NCBI GenBank assembly: GCA_018992565.1
Contig: JACVGW010000001.1
Coordinates: 1 to 36,711, forward strand
Length of the DNA stretch: 36,711 bases
Direction: 5' to 3'
Source: Theionarchaea archaeon
Lineage (GTDB): Archaea; Methanobacteriota_B; Thermococci; Methanofastidiosales; SZ-28-30
Shown piece after piece: positions 18,558-28,599 of the stretch. Made by a program: the position numbers and the translations under genes. The first letter of the stretch is position 1, and every line of letters starts with the position of its first letter. The notes beneath the pieces were generated by a model. That model saw only the letters and a program-made list of their open reading frames with translations, made no database searches and was not told the DNA's origin.

Positions 18558-19664
18558 ATGAGATACGCCCCATCGCTGGCCCGACGTCAACACATGATCG
18601 CATTCCTTCTGGTGGGGTGCTTGTCCATGTTGTATGCTGAGCTGTTTTCAGGAGCGTCTCGCCTCTGGTTTTTTGATCCATGGTCAGTTCTGGTCACTTT
18701 TCCTTTGTATATGGTGCATGTTATCTTCTTTTTTAATCTGGCCCTGCTTACTGCCAGGACATCACCCGTTCACTTATATTTTTGGGGGATGCTCTTCGCC
18801 CTGTACGAATCCTGGATCACTCAGGTCCTGTGGGTGGGCTATACTGCGGGCCAGCCAATTCTGAGAGCAGTTGGTGGGATTGCTCTTGGTGAATTTCTTG
18901 GCCTGGTCTTGTTTTGGCACCCTGTTATGTCCTTCATAGTACCTCTGCTGGTTTTTGAAGTGCTGATCCTCTCAATAAGTGCAGACAATGCAGAAGAGAA
19001 AGTAGTGCCCAGTCATTTCCCTTTCTTGATTCTCACCCCCAGGAACAAGAAAGTGCTTGTTTTCCTGTACATTTTGGGCTCAATATTCATGACGGTAAGC
19101 TACCAGGGAAATATCCTCCTGGGATTGACAGTACTTGGGGGTACGTATGGGATGATTTATGGGTTGTACAGGAAGGCCCGCATGTATCAGGTCACCATAC
19201 ACTCACTACACGTTGGAAAGAAAGGGTTAGCATTCATGACGGTATACATGGTTCTCTTATATGCTGCAATGTTTTTCGGGTTTGGGTACCAGCAGGGAAG
19301 AATACCTGGCCCTATGCCCATCGTGACCACCATTCTCCTCTATATTGTCATTGCTTGGTTAATATTCTCTTCTCGTCCTGCTGAGGAGTCTGTCAAAGTG
19401 CCTCCCTCCCTCATTGCGCACAGAGTATCCTTAAGAACCTACAGAACCCTTGTTGTCTTCCAGCTGATTCTCATCTGCGGGTTGGGCATTGTATATCTTG
19501 TTGTGCCCTTTTTCATGGAGGTGGCCTTTTCCCTCCTGTATGTCCTCATATGCGGTGGAGCAATATACCTTGCTTTCAAAGCTTTTCGCCTGAGAAACAG
19601 CCAAAATGAGGAATTCCTGAAGCGTATGTACTCAGAAATTTCCGCATCATGGAGACTGGACTGA
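18558..19664 (+). CDS. Hypothetical polytopic membrane protein
   Basis: About 9-10 hydrophobic segments. TATA gttataa at ~18528-18535 suggests a start at 18558 (ORF is open from 18540). Confidence 0.7.
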   Translation: MRYAPSLARRQHMIAFLLVGCLSMLYAELFSGASRLWFFDPWSVLVTFPLYMVHVIFFFNLALLTARTSPVHLYFWGMLFALYESWITQVLWVGYTAGQPILRAVGGIALGEFLGLVLFWHPVMSFIVPLLVFEVLILSISADNAEEKVVPSHFPFLILTPRNKKVLVFLYILGSIFMTVSYQGNILLGLTVLGGTYGMIYGLYRKARMYQVTIHSLHVGKKGLAFMTVYMVLLYAAMFFGFGYQQGRIPGPMPIVTTILLYIVIAWLIFSSRPAEESVKVPPSLIAHRVSLRTYRTLVVFQLILICGLGIVYLVVPFFMEVAFSLLYVLICGGAIYLAFKAFRLRNSQNEEFLKRMYSEISASWRLD

Positions 19665-19837
19665 GGACAGTGGAAAGCTTTCCTCAATCTTCTCGACCTT
19701 TTTTTCCTTTCAGTATAGTCAACTTCAAAATCATACGAACCTATCAGCATGACCTGTACTGTACTGGGTATCCCGAATAGTTGACGTTATGCACAATAGA
19801 AGAGTTTAAAAGGATGATTCATCTTAACCATAACTCC

Positions 19838-20746
19838 ATGAAAAGGAATATTGTGGAGACTATAAAGGGCTACACTGATCTTACCAGGATACATTTCTGG
19901 TTCGTGTGGCCATTGCTGTTTTGCTCCGGACTTCTCCTTGCGTTCAAGGTCAATGGTAGTTTCACCTGGGGATTGACCATAAAAGCCGCTCTCATTGGCT
20001 TTCTGGGTTTTGAGGCTGGATTTGTGCTCAATGATTATGTGGACAGAAATATAGACAAGAAAGACGTCGAATTCAGTTTGACCAGATACTGGAGACCTTT
20101 CAAAGAAAGACCAATTCCATCGGGAATAATCTCGCCAACGAGAGCTGTTCAGGCCTTTGTGGTGCTTGTTGCTGCGGCCTGTATACTGGCAGTAACCCTC
20201 CCGTATCCTCATAATATATACGTTATTGCTGCAGGTGGATACTGCTATACCATGGAATACTTCTACCAGACAAGAAAGAAGAATCAGACACTTCCTATGG
20301 CCCAACTACTGGGAAGGACAGATTTTGTACTATTTCCAGTTGCAGGCTACCTTTGCTATGGTCATCCTGATAAGTACGCCCTCCTATTCTTTATTTTCTT
20401 CTACCCTCTTGCTCTGGCGCACTTGGGAGTGAATGATATTGCAGATATAGTAAATGATCGGGTCAAAAAGCTGAAGACGATACCTGTTCTCTATGGCTTG
20501 AAAGGGACCGGATACTGGGTTCTGGGGTTCACAATCCTGCATCTGCTAATCGCGCCTTTCTTCTTGAGAGAGATGGGGACTATTGCCCTGGCCAGTCTGG
20601 GAGTGACTGCGATGCTCTTGGGGGCCGTTAACTACAAGATATTAAAGGAAAAGAGCCCTCAGGCAGGATTACGGGTTCTGCCCCTGATTCACGTTACTAT
20701 GCTCACATATGGGATTTCTATTGTCGCCAGCTATGCTTTATCTTGA
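19838..20746 (+). CDS. UbiA-family prenyltransferase
   Basis: Asp-rich motifs NDYVDRNID and NDIADIVND, RPIPSG, KTIPVLYG. TATA tttaaaa at 19805-19811 supports ATG 19838. Confidence 0.88.
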   Translation: MKRNIVETIKGYTDLTRIHFWFVWPLLFCSGLLLAFKVNGSFTWGLTIKAALIGFLGFEAGFVLNDYVDRNIDKKDVEFSLTRYWRPFKERPIPSGIISPTRAVQAFVVLVAAACILAVTLPYPHNIYVIAAGGYCYTMEYFYQTRKKNQTLPMAQLLGRTDFVLFPVAGYLCYGHPDKYALLFFIFFYPLALAHLGVNDIADIVNDRVKKLKTIPVLYGLKGTGYWVLGFTILHLLIAPFFLREMGTIALASLGVTAMLLGAVNYKILKEKSPQAGLRVLPLIHVTMLTYGISIVASYALS

Positions 20747-20903
20747 TTTTGATTTCCACTGTCATGTCTATCCGGCCTGTGGACAACCGACACAATCCAC
20801 ATGAACGAAGTTGGACAGGAACCATCAACCACGTGGGAGAGCACAAGGAAAATCCTGACTCAAGGGATGCATTCATAAGTATCATCCCTCATGGACTCTA
20901 CAG

Positions 20904-21716
20904 GTGAATGCTCTGATTTACGAATTACATGACAGCCCGAAAATTCTTCCACTGGCCAAAACCCCACAACTGGCCCTGGTCATATCTTCAGTTGGAGAGG
21001 GGAACACCCCAAATAGAATCTGGGTTGATGATCCAGATACCCCAAGAAGTGCTCTTGTCTGGGATACCACTCATTGTCTCTACTTCATGGGGGACGTATG
21101 TGGACCCTTTCGGGAAGAACTGGAAAGAACACTGGCCGATGAGATCATTCCAACTGCTGCAAGAAAGAAAATCTACATCTTTAAAATCCACTATACGCCT
21201 CACTGGGAAGAAACGCTTCCGGGAATTTTTGTGTCCTTCAAGAAAAGGAAGCGGCAGCTCTATGCTTATACTGCACCTTCTGTTGAGATAAAATCACTGC
21301 CAGAAGGGTTTGAACGTAGGAAGATCAACAAGGAATTTCTGGAATCCCCCATCAAGAACAAGCTAGATCTTGTTGAAGAAATTGAATTATGCTGGAAATC
21401 CGTTGCAGATTTTCTTGATAACGGATGGGGGTTCTGCATTACCCATAACGACGAGATTGTATGCAGGTGTACTGCGGAATATGTCAGCCAGGGGAAATGC
21501 GGCATCGGCATTGAGACGGGAGAAGAATACAAACAGCTGGGATGTGCCACAGCTGCTGCATCAGCTCTGGTGGATTACTGCCTGTCACGAGGGATCACTC
21601 CTCACTGGGATAGCTGGGAAGACAACATTCCTTCCATTAAGACGGCTCAGAAGGTTGGATTTGCAAAAGTCGCAGATTTTTCTGTGTATTTCGGCAGTTT
21701 CAATTTGACAGAATGA
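20904..21716 (+). CDS. GNAT-family acetyltransferase
   Basis: C-terminal GIGIETGEEYKQLGCAT...PHWDSWEDNIPSIKTAQKVGF. GTG start. Confidence 0.8.
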   Translation: MNALIYELHDSPKILPLAKTPQLALVISSVGEGNTPNRIWVDDPDTPRSALVWDTTHCLYFMGDVCGPFREELERTLADEIIPTAARKKIYIFKIHYTPHWEETLPGIFVSFKKRKRQLYAYTAPSVEIKSLPEGFERRKINKEFLESPIKNKLDLVEEIELCWKSVADFLDNGWGFCITHNDEIVCRCTAEYVSQGKCGIGIETGEEYKQLGCATAAASALVDYCLSRGITPHWDSWEDNIPSIKTAQKVGFAKVADFSVYFGSFNLTE

Positions 21717-21767
21717 AGCAAATCCCTGCCTGACAGACACCACAAATAAAAGAAAAGGGAAAGGTTA

Positions 21768-23729
21768 TTAGATTTGAAGAGCGGTGTTAGCACCTTCCTG
21801 AACTGCCCTCAAAATGGATTTTGGTTCAACGCAATCTCCAATTGCCCTCAGTTTGTAGAAATCTGCTTCAATCAGTTCATCCAGAATCTTTCTCTCAGGG
21901 TAGAAACCCACCGCCAGGACTACTGCATCTGCCTTGAGTGTGTGTTCTCCGGAGGAATCTGCAATGACTACACCCTCCTTAACGATCTTCACTGCTCTTG
22001 AACCAGGCAGCATTACCACTCCAACATCTTTCAATGCTTCGCACATGAAATACCGGGCAGAAGCTCCCATATCAGGACATATAACAGGCAACTGTTCAAG
22101 AATAGTGACCTTTCCTCCTTTTTCTGCAATGAATTCTGCTGTTTCCGCACCTACTCGACCTCCACCGATAACAACTACAGCTCCCTTGGGTGTTGCAGTA
22201 CCTTCCAGAACATCCTGAAAACTGCACACGTGTTCAGAATCAGCTCCCGGAATTGACAACGTGGCAGGGACTGCTCCAGTCGCAACAATGACCACGTCAG
22301 GAGACTGACCCACAACGAAATCTGTGGTGACTTCCTTCCCCAGGACTTTTGTGACTCCTAGGGTTTCGAGCTGACGGATCTGCCAGTCAATGAATTCCTG
22401 CACTTCTTCTTTATGAGGCGGCATAACGGCTAGTAGCATCTGTCCTCCCAATTGGCCCTCCCTTTCATACAGTGTCACATTATGTCCTCGTAATTGCGCA
22501 TACATTGCTGCTGTCATCCCAGCAGGACCTCCCCCGATGACCATGACCTTCTTTGGTGTCTTCACCTTTTTGATTCGGAATATCCTTTCTCTTCCCAGTT
22601 CTGGGTTGATGGCACACGTACACGCTGCAAACCGACTGGTATCCAGATCCAGACAATGGTTGCAAGCAATGCATTTTCTTATGTCCTTGACTCTGCCTTC
22701 CTCTGCTTTCTTTGGCAATTCTGGGTCTGCTAGCAGTGCTCTTGCCATTCCCACAAGGTCTAGCTTCCCTTCGGATAGCGCCAGTTCTGCCAGATAGGGA
22801 TCATTCATCCTTCCCACTCCAATGACAGGAACATCAACCACTTCCTTCACTCCGGCAGACAGTCTCAGGTGCACCCCACGGGGAATTCGCATTGGAGGTA
22901 TGTTCCAATTGGTGGCTTCCAGTATTGAGCTTCCTGCAGAGACATTGAGAATGTCAGCGCCTGCCTCCACGAAATGGGGAGCCTGTTTCTTGGCTTCTTC
23001 CAGCTGAATCCCTGTAGAACCGAAGTAATCATCACCATTCATACGAAATGACACCGGAAAAGACTCTCCAGTTTCAGCCCGCACTTGCTCAAGTATCTCC
23101 AGCGCAAAGCGCATTCTTCCTTCAAGACTCCCACCGTATGCATCCGTTCTCTTGTTAGTATGCGGAGACAGGAATTGGTTAATCAGGTACGAATGGGCAC
23201 CGTGAATCTCTACCATGTCAAATCCAGCCTTCTTAATTCTCTCGGCCGCTGCTCCATAAGCTTCTACCAGATCTTTGATATCGCGCATCGACAGCCTGCG
23301 TGGAGTAATCATGGCCTTACCATGAGCTCCCATGAAAGCCCCTGCATGAGCCACAGGGGAAGGTGCTACTGGTTCAGAACCGTACACAGATTCAGACAGA
23401 CGTCTGCCACTGTGTATCATCTGCACGCCTGCTTTTGCCTTGTGGCCATGGAGAGCTCTTGCCAATTCTTTCAATCCGGGCATGAGATCATCACTGTAGA
23501 CTCCCAACTGGTTTGGCCTGTATTTGGCTTCAGGAACGATATAGGCACCAGCAGTCAAGATAAGTCCTGCACCGCCTTCCGCCCTTTTTTCCAAATAGTC
23601 TATCATTCGAGGTGTAACACTGCCATCATAATCTGCATATCTCACAATCATGGGTTCCATGACAATTCTGTTTTTCAATTCCATGCCTTTCACAGACAGA
23701 GAACTGAACAGCATCTGAAAGCTATCCAT
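21768..23729 (-). CDS. NADH:flavin oxidoreductase (old yellow enzyme TIM barrel + 4Fe-4S + FAD/NAD domains; 2,4-dienoyl-CoA/enoate reductase-like)
   Basis: LKNRIVM, EIHGAHSYLINQFLSP..N.RTDAYGGS, CIACNHC..CAINP, GGGPAG, GGGRVG. SD aggtga. Confidence 0.92.
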   Translation of the reverse strand: MDSFQMLFSSLSVKGMELKNRIVMEPMIVRYADYDGSVTPRMIDYLEKRAEGGAGLILTAGAYIVPEAKYRPNQLGVYSDDLMPGLKELARALHGHKAKAGVQMIHSGRRLSESVYGSEPVAPSPVAHAGAFMGAHGKAMITPRRLSMRDIKDLVEAYGAAAERIKKAGFDMVEIHGAHSYLINQFLSPHTNKRTDAYGGSLEGRMRFALEILEQVRAETGESFPVSFRMNGDDYFGSTGIQLEEAKKQAPHFVEAGADILNVSAGSSILEATNWNIPPMRIPRGVHLRLSAGVKEVVDVPVIGVGRMNDPYLAELALSEGKLDLVGMARALLADPELPKKAEEGRVKDIRKCIACNHCLDLDTSRFAACTCAINPELGRERIFRIKKVKTPKKVMVIGGGPAGMTAAMYAQLRGHNVTLYEREGQLGGQMLLAVMPPHKEEVQEFIDWQIRQLETLGVTKVLGKEVTTDFVVGQSPDVVIVATGAVPATLSIPGADSEHVCSFQDVLEGTATPKGAVVVIGGGRVGAETAEFIAEKGGKVTILEQLPVICPDMGASARYFMCEALKDVGVVMLPGSRAVKIVKEGVVIADSSGEHTLKADAVVLAVGFYPERKILDELIEADFYKLRAIGDCVEPKSILRAVQEGANTALQI

Positions 23730-24195
23730 TTTGGTTCACCTATAGTAGAAGACATCTCTCGCTATAAAAGTCTTTGCATTGATAATATTTGTATAATTGG
23801 AATTGCATTTTTATCCAAAATGAGAATTCACTGGAGTGAAAAGGAGACATGGCACTGAGACTGGCATCCATGGTCAGATCATATCCAGCACCACCATGGC
23901 CTCGGCTGTCTGATAATCTGCAGTGCATCCTTTTTCTCTGCTTCAGGACACGCTGCAAATGTGGCACAGCGCATGTGAGACAGTTGCTGATGACTTGAAA
24001 CCAAGAGCATTTGTACGAATTGGACCATACCATTCGAGAGATGAGCCGCGGGAAAGCAGTCGTACTCCACTCCCGCAACCACTGAAAACATAGATCAGTA
24101 TCGAGAAATGTCACGACGTCCTGTTCCCTTTCATTACGGGCGATTCAGTCTTGAAGAATGTATTTAAAGGATTCACTCCCCATACCAAGATGTGA

Positions 24196-24882
24196 ATGAA
24201 CATGAGAAAGCTTCTCAAGTATGGACTGACTGGAGTAATAGTCATAGTATCAATGATTTCAATAATCATGTACTACAGATACAGCCTCTACAAGAAAACG
24301 TATAGCAGTGAGTACTCCTATGAGATTTACATTGAGCCCGATATACCACTCAGTGACGTTGTCCTGTATATCCCGCTCCCTTTCATTGACACTGTCTCGC
24401 CAGTGGGAGACAATATTGTGGCTGAAAATCTCCAAACGCCAGAGAACCTGCACTGTAACGTGAGCACCACAGAATATGGAGTAATGCTCGAAATTACAGC
24501 TGACCGCATAGATGAACCCTCAACGATCACAGTGCTGCTACCTGCTGATTATTCCATTAATACCAGGGACTCCCTGCAAAATGAAATGGTGCTCTCTCCC
24601 AAGTATGATCTGATTCAGGTGCAGTGTGATTTCCCTTATCCTGACACGAGGGAGACTCAACTTGCCTGCTTTGAGTACGAAACCCTCATATATGCAGAGT
24701 ATATTCATGGAGGAGCTCTCAACATAGTTGTGACTCTGGAGGGGAGAAATACCTGGTGGATTCTGGGCTGGTCAGGCAACTCCTATCGCGATCAGATTCT
24801 GGCAAGAGTGGATGGAGAGAGCGGATGGCAGCCTGTGAGAGGGAAGCTCGTGCAGGGTGAGGGCCTTTATCGTTGGATCTGA
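24196..24882 (+). CDS. Hypothetical N-terminally membrane-anchored protein
   Basis: Basic N-terminus plus one TM helix, then a beta-rich soluble domain. TATA tttaaa at ~24163-24168. Confidence 0.7.
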   Translation: MNMRKLLKYGLTGVIVIVSMISIIMYYRYSLYKKTYSSEYSYEIYIEPDIPLSDVVLYIPLPFIDTVSPVGDNIVAENLQTPENLHCNVSTTEYGVMLEITADRIDEPSTITVLLPADYSINTRDSLQNEMVLSPKYDLIQVQCDFPYPDTRETQLACFEYETLIYAEYIHGGALNIVVTLEGRNTWWILGWSGNSYRDQILARVDGESGWQPVRGKLVQGEGLYRWI

Positions 24883-25000
24883 GTTCGTGTGTCCTGTTTT
24901 AACCCTTCTCTCCTCAGAAGTTGAAAGGTGTCACCTGTAGACAGGCCTGCTAGGAGACTGAGACGGAAAAGAATTTATACACTGCTGGCTAAACGTACGT

Positions 25001-26164
25001 ATGAAGAAACCTGTGATCATTGTGCTATTTTTGGTCTTTGCAGCGTCTGTTGTCCCACTTTATAGTCAGGCATTCGCTTTCTCTGACGAACCCTTCACCA
25101 TCACTATAGAAGTAGACAAAGGGTGCGGAGGCAAATACTTTGTCGGCGACATGCTCACTGTAACCTGGGTGGTCTCACATCCCTGTGAAATCGATTTCTG
25201 GGAGGAAGAGCCTGACGGGGTCAGAAGAAAGCTCTCATCAAGCATAATCGCCAGTGCAGGAACTGCCTCTCGCGGTTGGACACTGAAGGACTATGGATAT
25301 GGAAGAAGAGTCATTCATGCAGAAGCAGTCTCCCCTTTTGGAATGGGAAATGCATCGTGTGAGTACTACGTGTTGAAGAAAGCAGCTGATATCAGAGTTG
25401 AAGTTACTGACCAGGATGGAATGCCCATTTCCGCCGTCGACGTATTGATGGACGACACGTACATTGCTGCAACTGATGCATCAGGGAGCGTGGTCATACC
25501 AGAAGTGGAGTTCGGGGAACATACCATCACTGCCAAGTATGACAATGAAGAGCAGTCCACCAGAGTAAGAATCGCATCCACTCAAACCCAGTATGTAGAT
25601 TTCGTGTTCACCGTGGAGAAACAGGGTTCAATCAAAATCCAGGTGGTAACCCAGAACGGTGATCCAGTGGCCGACGTAGATATCTATATTGATGGGTTTA
25701 AGGAAGGTCATACTGACCCCGACGGCGTGTTCACGGTGATAGTTCCTGCAGGGGCCCACACAGTAGAGGCGAAATGGCAGAATCAGTCAGATGAACAACA
25801 TGTCACTGTCTTCAATAACCAAATGAGCTTTGCTGACCTGGTTATCACTGTGCCTGTAGAAGCCGTGCTGGGCATACGTGTGGAAGATGACGCAGGGACT
25901 CCACTCAGTGACGCAAACGTGTATGTGGACAATGTCTTTGCAGGAAGAACTGATACGCAGGGAGTAGTCCAGTACAAGACTGTCCCGGGTGCTCATACGC
26001 TGCGAGCAGAAAAACAGGGATATATAACATCTTCTTCAAATATTACAGCAGGAGAAGGTCAGACTGATGCAGTACTGGTTCTAGATCAGGAGGGAAATGC
26101 AGCTCTGTCAACAATTCTGGTGCTCGTGGGAGTTGGGTACATGCTCATGAGGAAGCGAGCATGA
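25001..26164 (+). CDS. Secreted cell-surface protein with three PEGA/carboxypeptidase-regulatory-like repeats and a C-terminal TM anchor
   Basis: Signal peptide MKKPVIIVLFLVFAAS. Repeats of the form D..G.P....VY.D....G.TD..G......G.HT..A. Hydrophobic C-terminus ending RKRA. Confidence 0.8.
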   Translation: MKKPVIIVLFLVFAASVVPLYSQAFAFSDEPFTITIEVDKGCGGKYFVGDMLTVTWVVSHPCEIDFWEEEPDGVRRKLSSSIIASAGTASRGWTLKDYGYGRRVIHAEAVSPFGMGNASCEYYVLKKAADIRVEVTDQDGMPISAVDVLMDDTYIAATDASGSVVIPEVEFGEHTITAKYDNEEQSTRVRIASTQTQYVDFVFTVEKQGSIKIQVVTQNGDPVADVDIYIDGFKEGHTDPDGVFTVIVPAGAHTVEAKWQNQSDEQHVTVFNNQMSFADLVITVPVEAVLGIRVEDDAGTPLSDANVYVDNVFAGRTDTQGVVQYKTVPGAHTLRAEKQGYITSSSNITAGEGQTDAVLVLDQEGNAALSTILVLVGVGYMLMRKRA

Positions 26165-26258
26165 GTGGAGAGTAACTGCCCCGAATGTCTATTTGTACAT
26201 CACATACGAGCTGGCAGACCCCCACATGTTTATATAGTGAGCCCCTCCTAGTGGCACT

Positions 26259-28037
26259 ATGAGATGCAAAGCGTGTATGAGAACAATCACTCCCAGCCAG
26301 AGTCAGAGATTCTCTGGGTTTGACTTCTGCACTACATGTTACGAAGCTCTAGAATTAGAATTACTGGAGAAGAAGGAAGAAAGCACTGAACCCTTCATTT
26401 TATCGTTCTCCAATGAGAACAATCATCAATTATTCGAAGCACTCCTCAGTATAGCTTCTGAATTCGACAAAGGGGCAGCTGATACTCTGCTCCTGAGATG
26501 CAATGAAATGATAGGCCGCGATTTAGCTGGGCCTCAGGAAGTGATGGCTTGTCTGATGGGTGCCTATGCATTGCAAGAAAGCCCAGGTAAACAGCCGCTG
26601 ACCACAGCAGGTGAACTGGCAGTGTATAATATCGGCAAGAGGCTGGCGGCAGAAATATTCAAGTCAAGCAGTACGTCAATACCTGATGAGCCACTTGATG
26701 AGGAAGTCATGAGAGACCTGTTTACCCAGTTGTCCTGGCAGCGATACACTACCTGCATCGATATGTTCAACCACATAACCCCATCAGAGATTACTGGGCC
26801 AATTAATGAGTTTCTTTCCAATCTGACAAACATGTATCAGTCCATGGCAGAGACCAGGAGACTGGATTGTTCTCAGATTGATGAAGGTGTATACCTTGAC
26901 GTCCCTCCGGAACTCACTGCTTCTCTGCTTGAAACACTGGGAAATGAGCATGCGTTCAGTTCCTGGAACGAATTCAAGGAAGGGTTCCAGAAATTCCAGG
27001 ATGAGTTCCTGAGCAAGAAGATTGACCTGGTCTTTCCAGAAGGAACCCAGGATGAAAGGGAAATTCACGTTTTGATAGAAGAAGGAGAGCTGTATGTTAC
27101 TTCACAATGGGAAAAGCTCAAAGAGAAGCTTGCTTCTGAAGGCGCAGACGTTGTGGCTACACTAATGAAAGAAATGCCCCATTTCGTAGTGGAACGGGCT
27201 GTTGGGGGCATCGAAAACCTTCGAACTATCGTTGAAGAGGGAATATCTAACACTGAGAATATTGATCTGATCTTGTTGTACAGCTCGCTCCTGAAAGAGC
27301 AGGGAAATGTCCAGCAGGCGGTCACTATGTTGGAGGAAAAAGCCGCTGCTATTACTGACGAACCGCCTCTGGTTGTTGAACTCGCTCTTCAGTACATAGA
27401 AACAGGTGAAGTGGAAAAGGCTATCGAGACATTGAAGAAGGTGGCCGAAATGGAGCCAGACAACTGGCTTCACCCCATGTTCATTGCTGAAGTGTACGAG
27501 AATATGGGCAAGTTCAAAGAAGCAGTAGAATACTACAGGAAAGCCGCTGCCCTGACGTCCTCTGATCCTTATCTATTGAGTTCATTGAAGAGAGCAGAGA
27601 CGGGAGAGATACTCGCTGAGATTGAAGACCTGATCTCCAGGGAAGAATACCAGCAAGCATTAACGCTAGTGGAAAAGCACTTTGATCCTTTTGGAATAGA
27701 CATCTTCCACTACTATAAAGGAGTCATCCTTGCGAGAATGAAAGAGTCAAGAGAGGCCCTGGCCGTGATAACTGATTATCTGGACATATACAGTGATGAC
27801 GAAGAGGGCTGGTTAGAAAAAGCAGGGATTTATCTGGATCTCGGGAATTTTGCAGCTGCAGCTCGCTCTTTCAGGCAGTGTTCCATGCTGACCCCTAAAG
27901 ACGTTCGCCCTCTAGTATGGGAAGCTCTCTGCCACAAGAGACTGGGAAAGTCCAGATACTACAAGCGGTGCATTAATCAGGCTCGAAAGACTGATCCTGA
28001 AAAGACTAAGGCACTCCTCAAAGAACTTCCCTTCTGA
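26259..28037 (+). CDS. N-terminal C4 zinc finger + C-terminal TPR-repeat protein
   Basis: CKAC-x16-CTTC at the N-terminus. TPR-like helices (GEVEKAIETLKK, GKFKEAVEYYRKA, GNFAAAARSF). Confidence 0.75.
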   Translation: MRCKACMRTITPSQSQRFSGFDFCTTCYEALELELLEKKEESTEPFILSFSNENNHQLFEALLSIASEFDKGAADTLLLRCNEMIGRDLAGPQEVMACLMGAYALQESPGKQPLTTAGELAVYNIGKRLAAEIFKSSSTSIPDEPLDEEVMRDLFTQLSWQRYTTCIDMFNHITPSEITGPINEFLSNLTNMYQSMAETRRLDCSQIDEGVYLDVPPELTASLLETLGNEHAFSSWNEFKEGFQKFQDEFLSKKIDLVFPEGTQDEREIHVLIEEGELYVTSQWEKLKEKLASEGADVVATLMKEMPHFVVERAVGGIENLRTIVEEGISNTENIDLILLYSSLLKEQGNVQQAVTMLEEKAAAITDEPPLVVELALQYIETGEVEKAIETLKKVAEMEPDNWLHPMFIAEVYENMGKFKEAVEYYRKAAALTSSDPYLLSSLKRAETGEILAEIEDLISREEYQQALTLVEKHFDPFGIDIFHYYKGVILARMKESREALAVITDYLDIYSDDEEGWLEKAGIYLDLGNFAAAARSFRQCSMLTPKDVRPLVWEALCHKRLGKSRYYKRCINQARKTDPEKTKALLKELPF

Positions 28038-28096
28038 GTTCCTACCACATAGGAGAGAGCCTAAAAGTATTTAAGCACATTGCAGCAGTGCACAGT

Positions 28097-28480
28097 ATGA
28101 GCAAAATAGATCAGCTTCTGGATGCTGCATCAGACAAGTTCACAGCCGCTGAGGTCTTGATCAACCAGGATTTCCATGAAGATGCTGTCTCACGAGTGTT
28201 TTACGGTCTCCTGTTCTGTGCCAGAGCCCTTCTGCTTACCAAGGAGGTCACAACAGAGAATCCGGATGAAATCATTGCTGCATTTGAAAGCCAGTTTATC
28301 AAGAAAAACATAGTGGAGAAAGAACTGGGTTCACTCATAAAGGATACAAAGAAACTGGCAGAGAAAGCAGACTTTTCTCCCACCTTCAGCATGCCTGAAG
28401 ACAAGATGAAGACAATGATGGAGAATGCCCAGGTGTTCATGGAACAGGTGGAAGACGTCATTAGTGAAATAGAGGAGTAG
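28097..28480 (+). CDS. Stand-alone HEPN-domain protein (HEPN/MNT-associated type), probably catalytically degenerate
   Basis: DAVSRVFYG..CARALLL..ADF pattern. TATA tttaag at 28070-28075 supports ATG 28097. Confidence 0.75.
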   Translation: MSKIDQLLDAASDKFTAAEVLINQDFHEDAVSRVFYGLLFCARALLLTKEVTTENPDEIIAAFESQFIKKNIVEKELGSLIKDTKKLAEKADFSPTFSMPEDKMKTMMENAQVFMEQVEDVISEIEE

Positions 28481-28599
28481 TTTCTCTCTTTTATTTTTAC
28501 CCAGCCACATGAGCTGGCTCTTTTCTGAGATTAGCAGTACTCAGGTTAAAGAGACAACCCTATCCAAAGTCTTATATAGAATAGGAAATTCCTCATACC

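Noticed and set aside
23740..24114. Overlapping 124-aa and 70-aa minus ORFs and a ~49-aa plus ORF in the intergenic region
   Set aside because: No recognisable motifs, and the longest ORF runs over the promoter of the flavoenzyme. A decayed gene cannot be supported.
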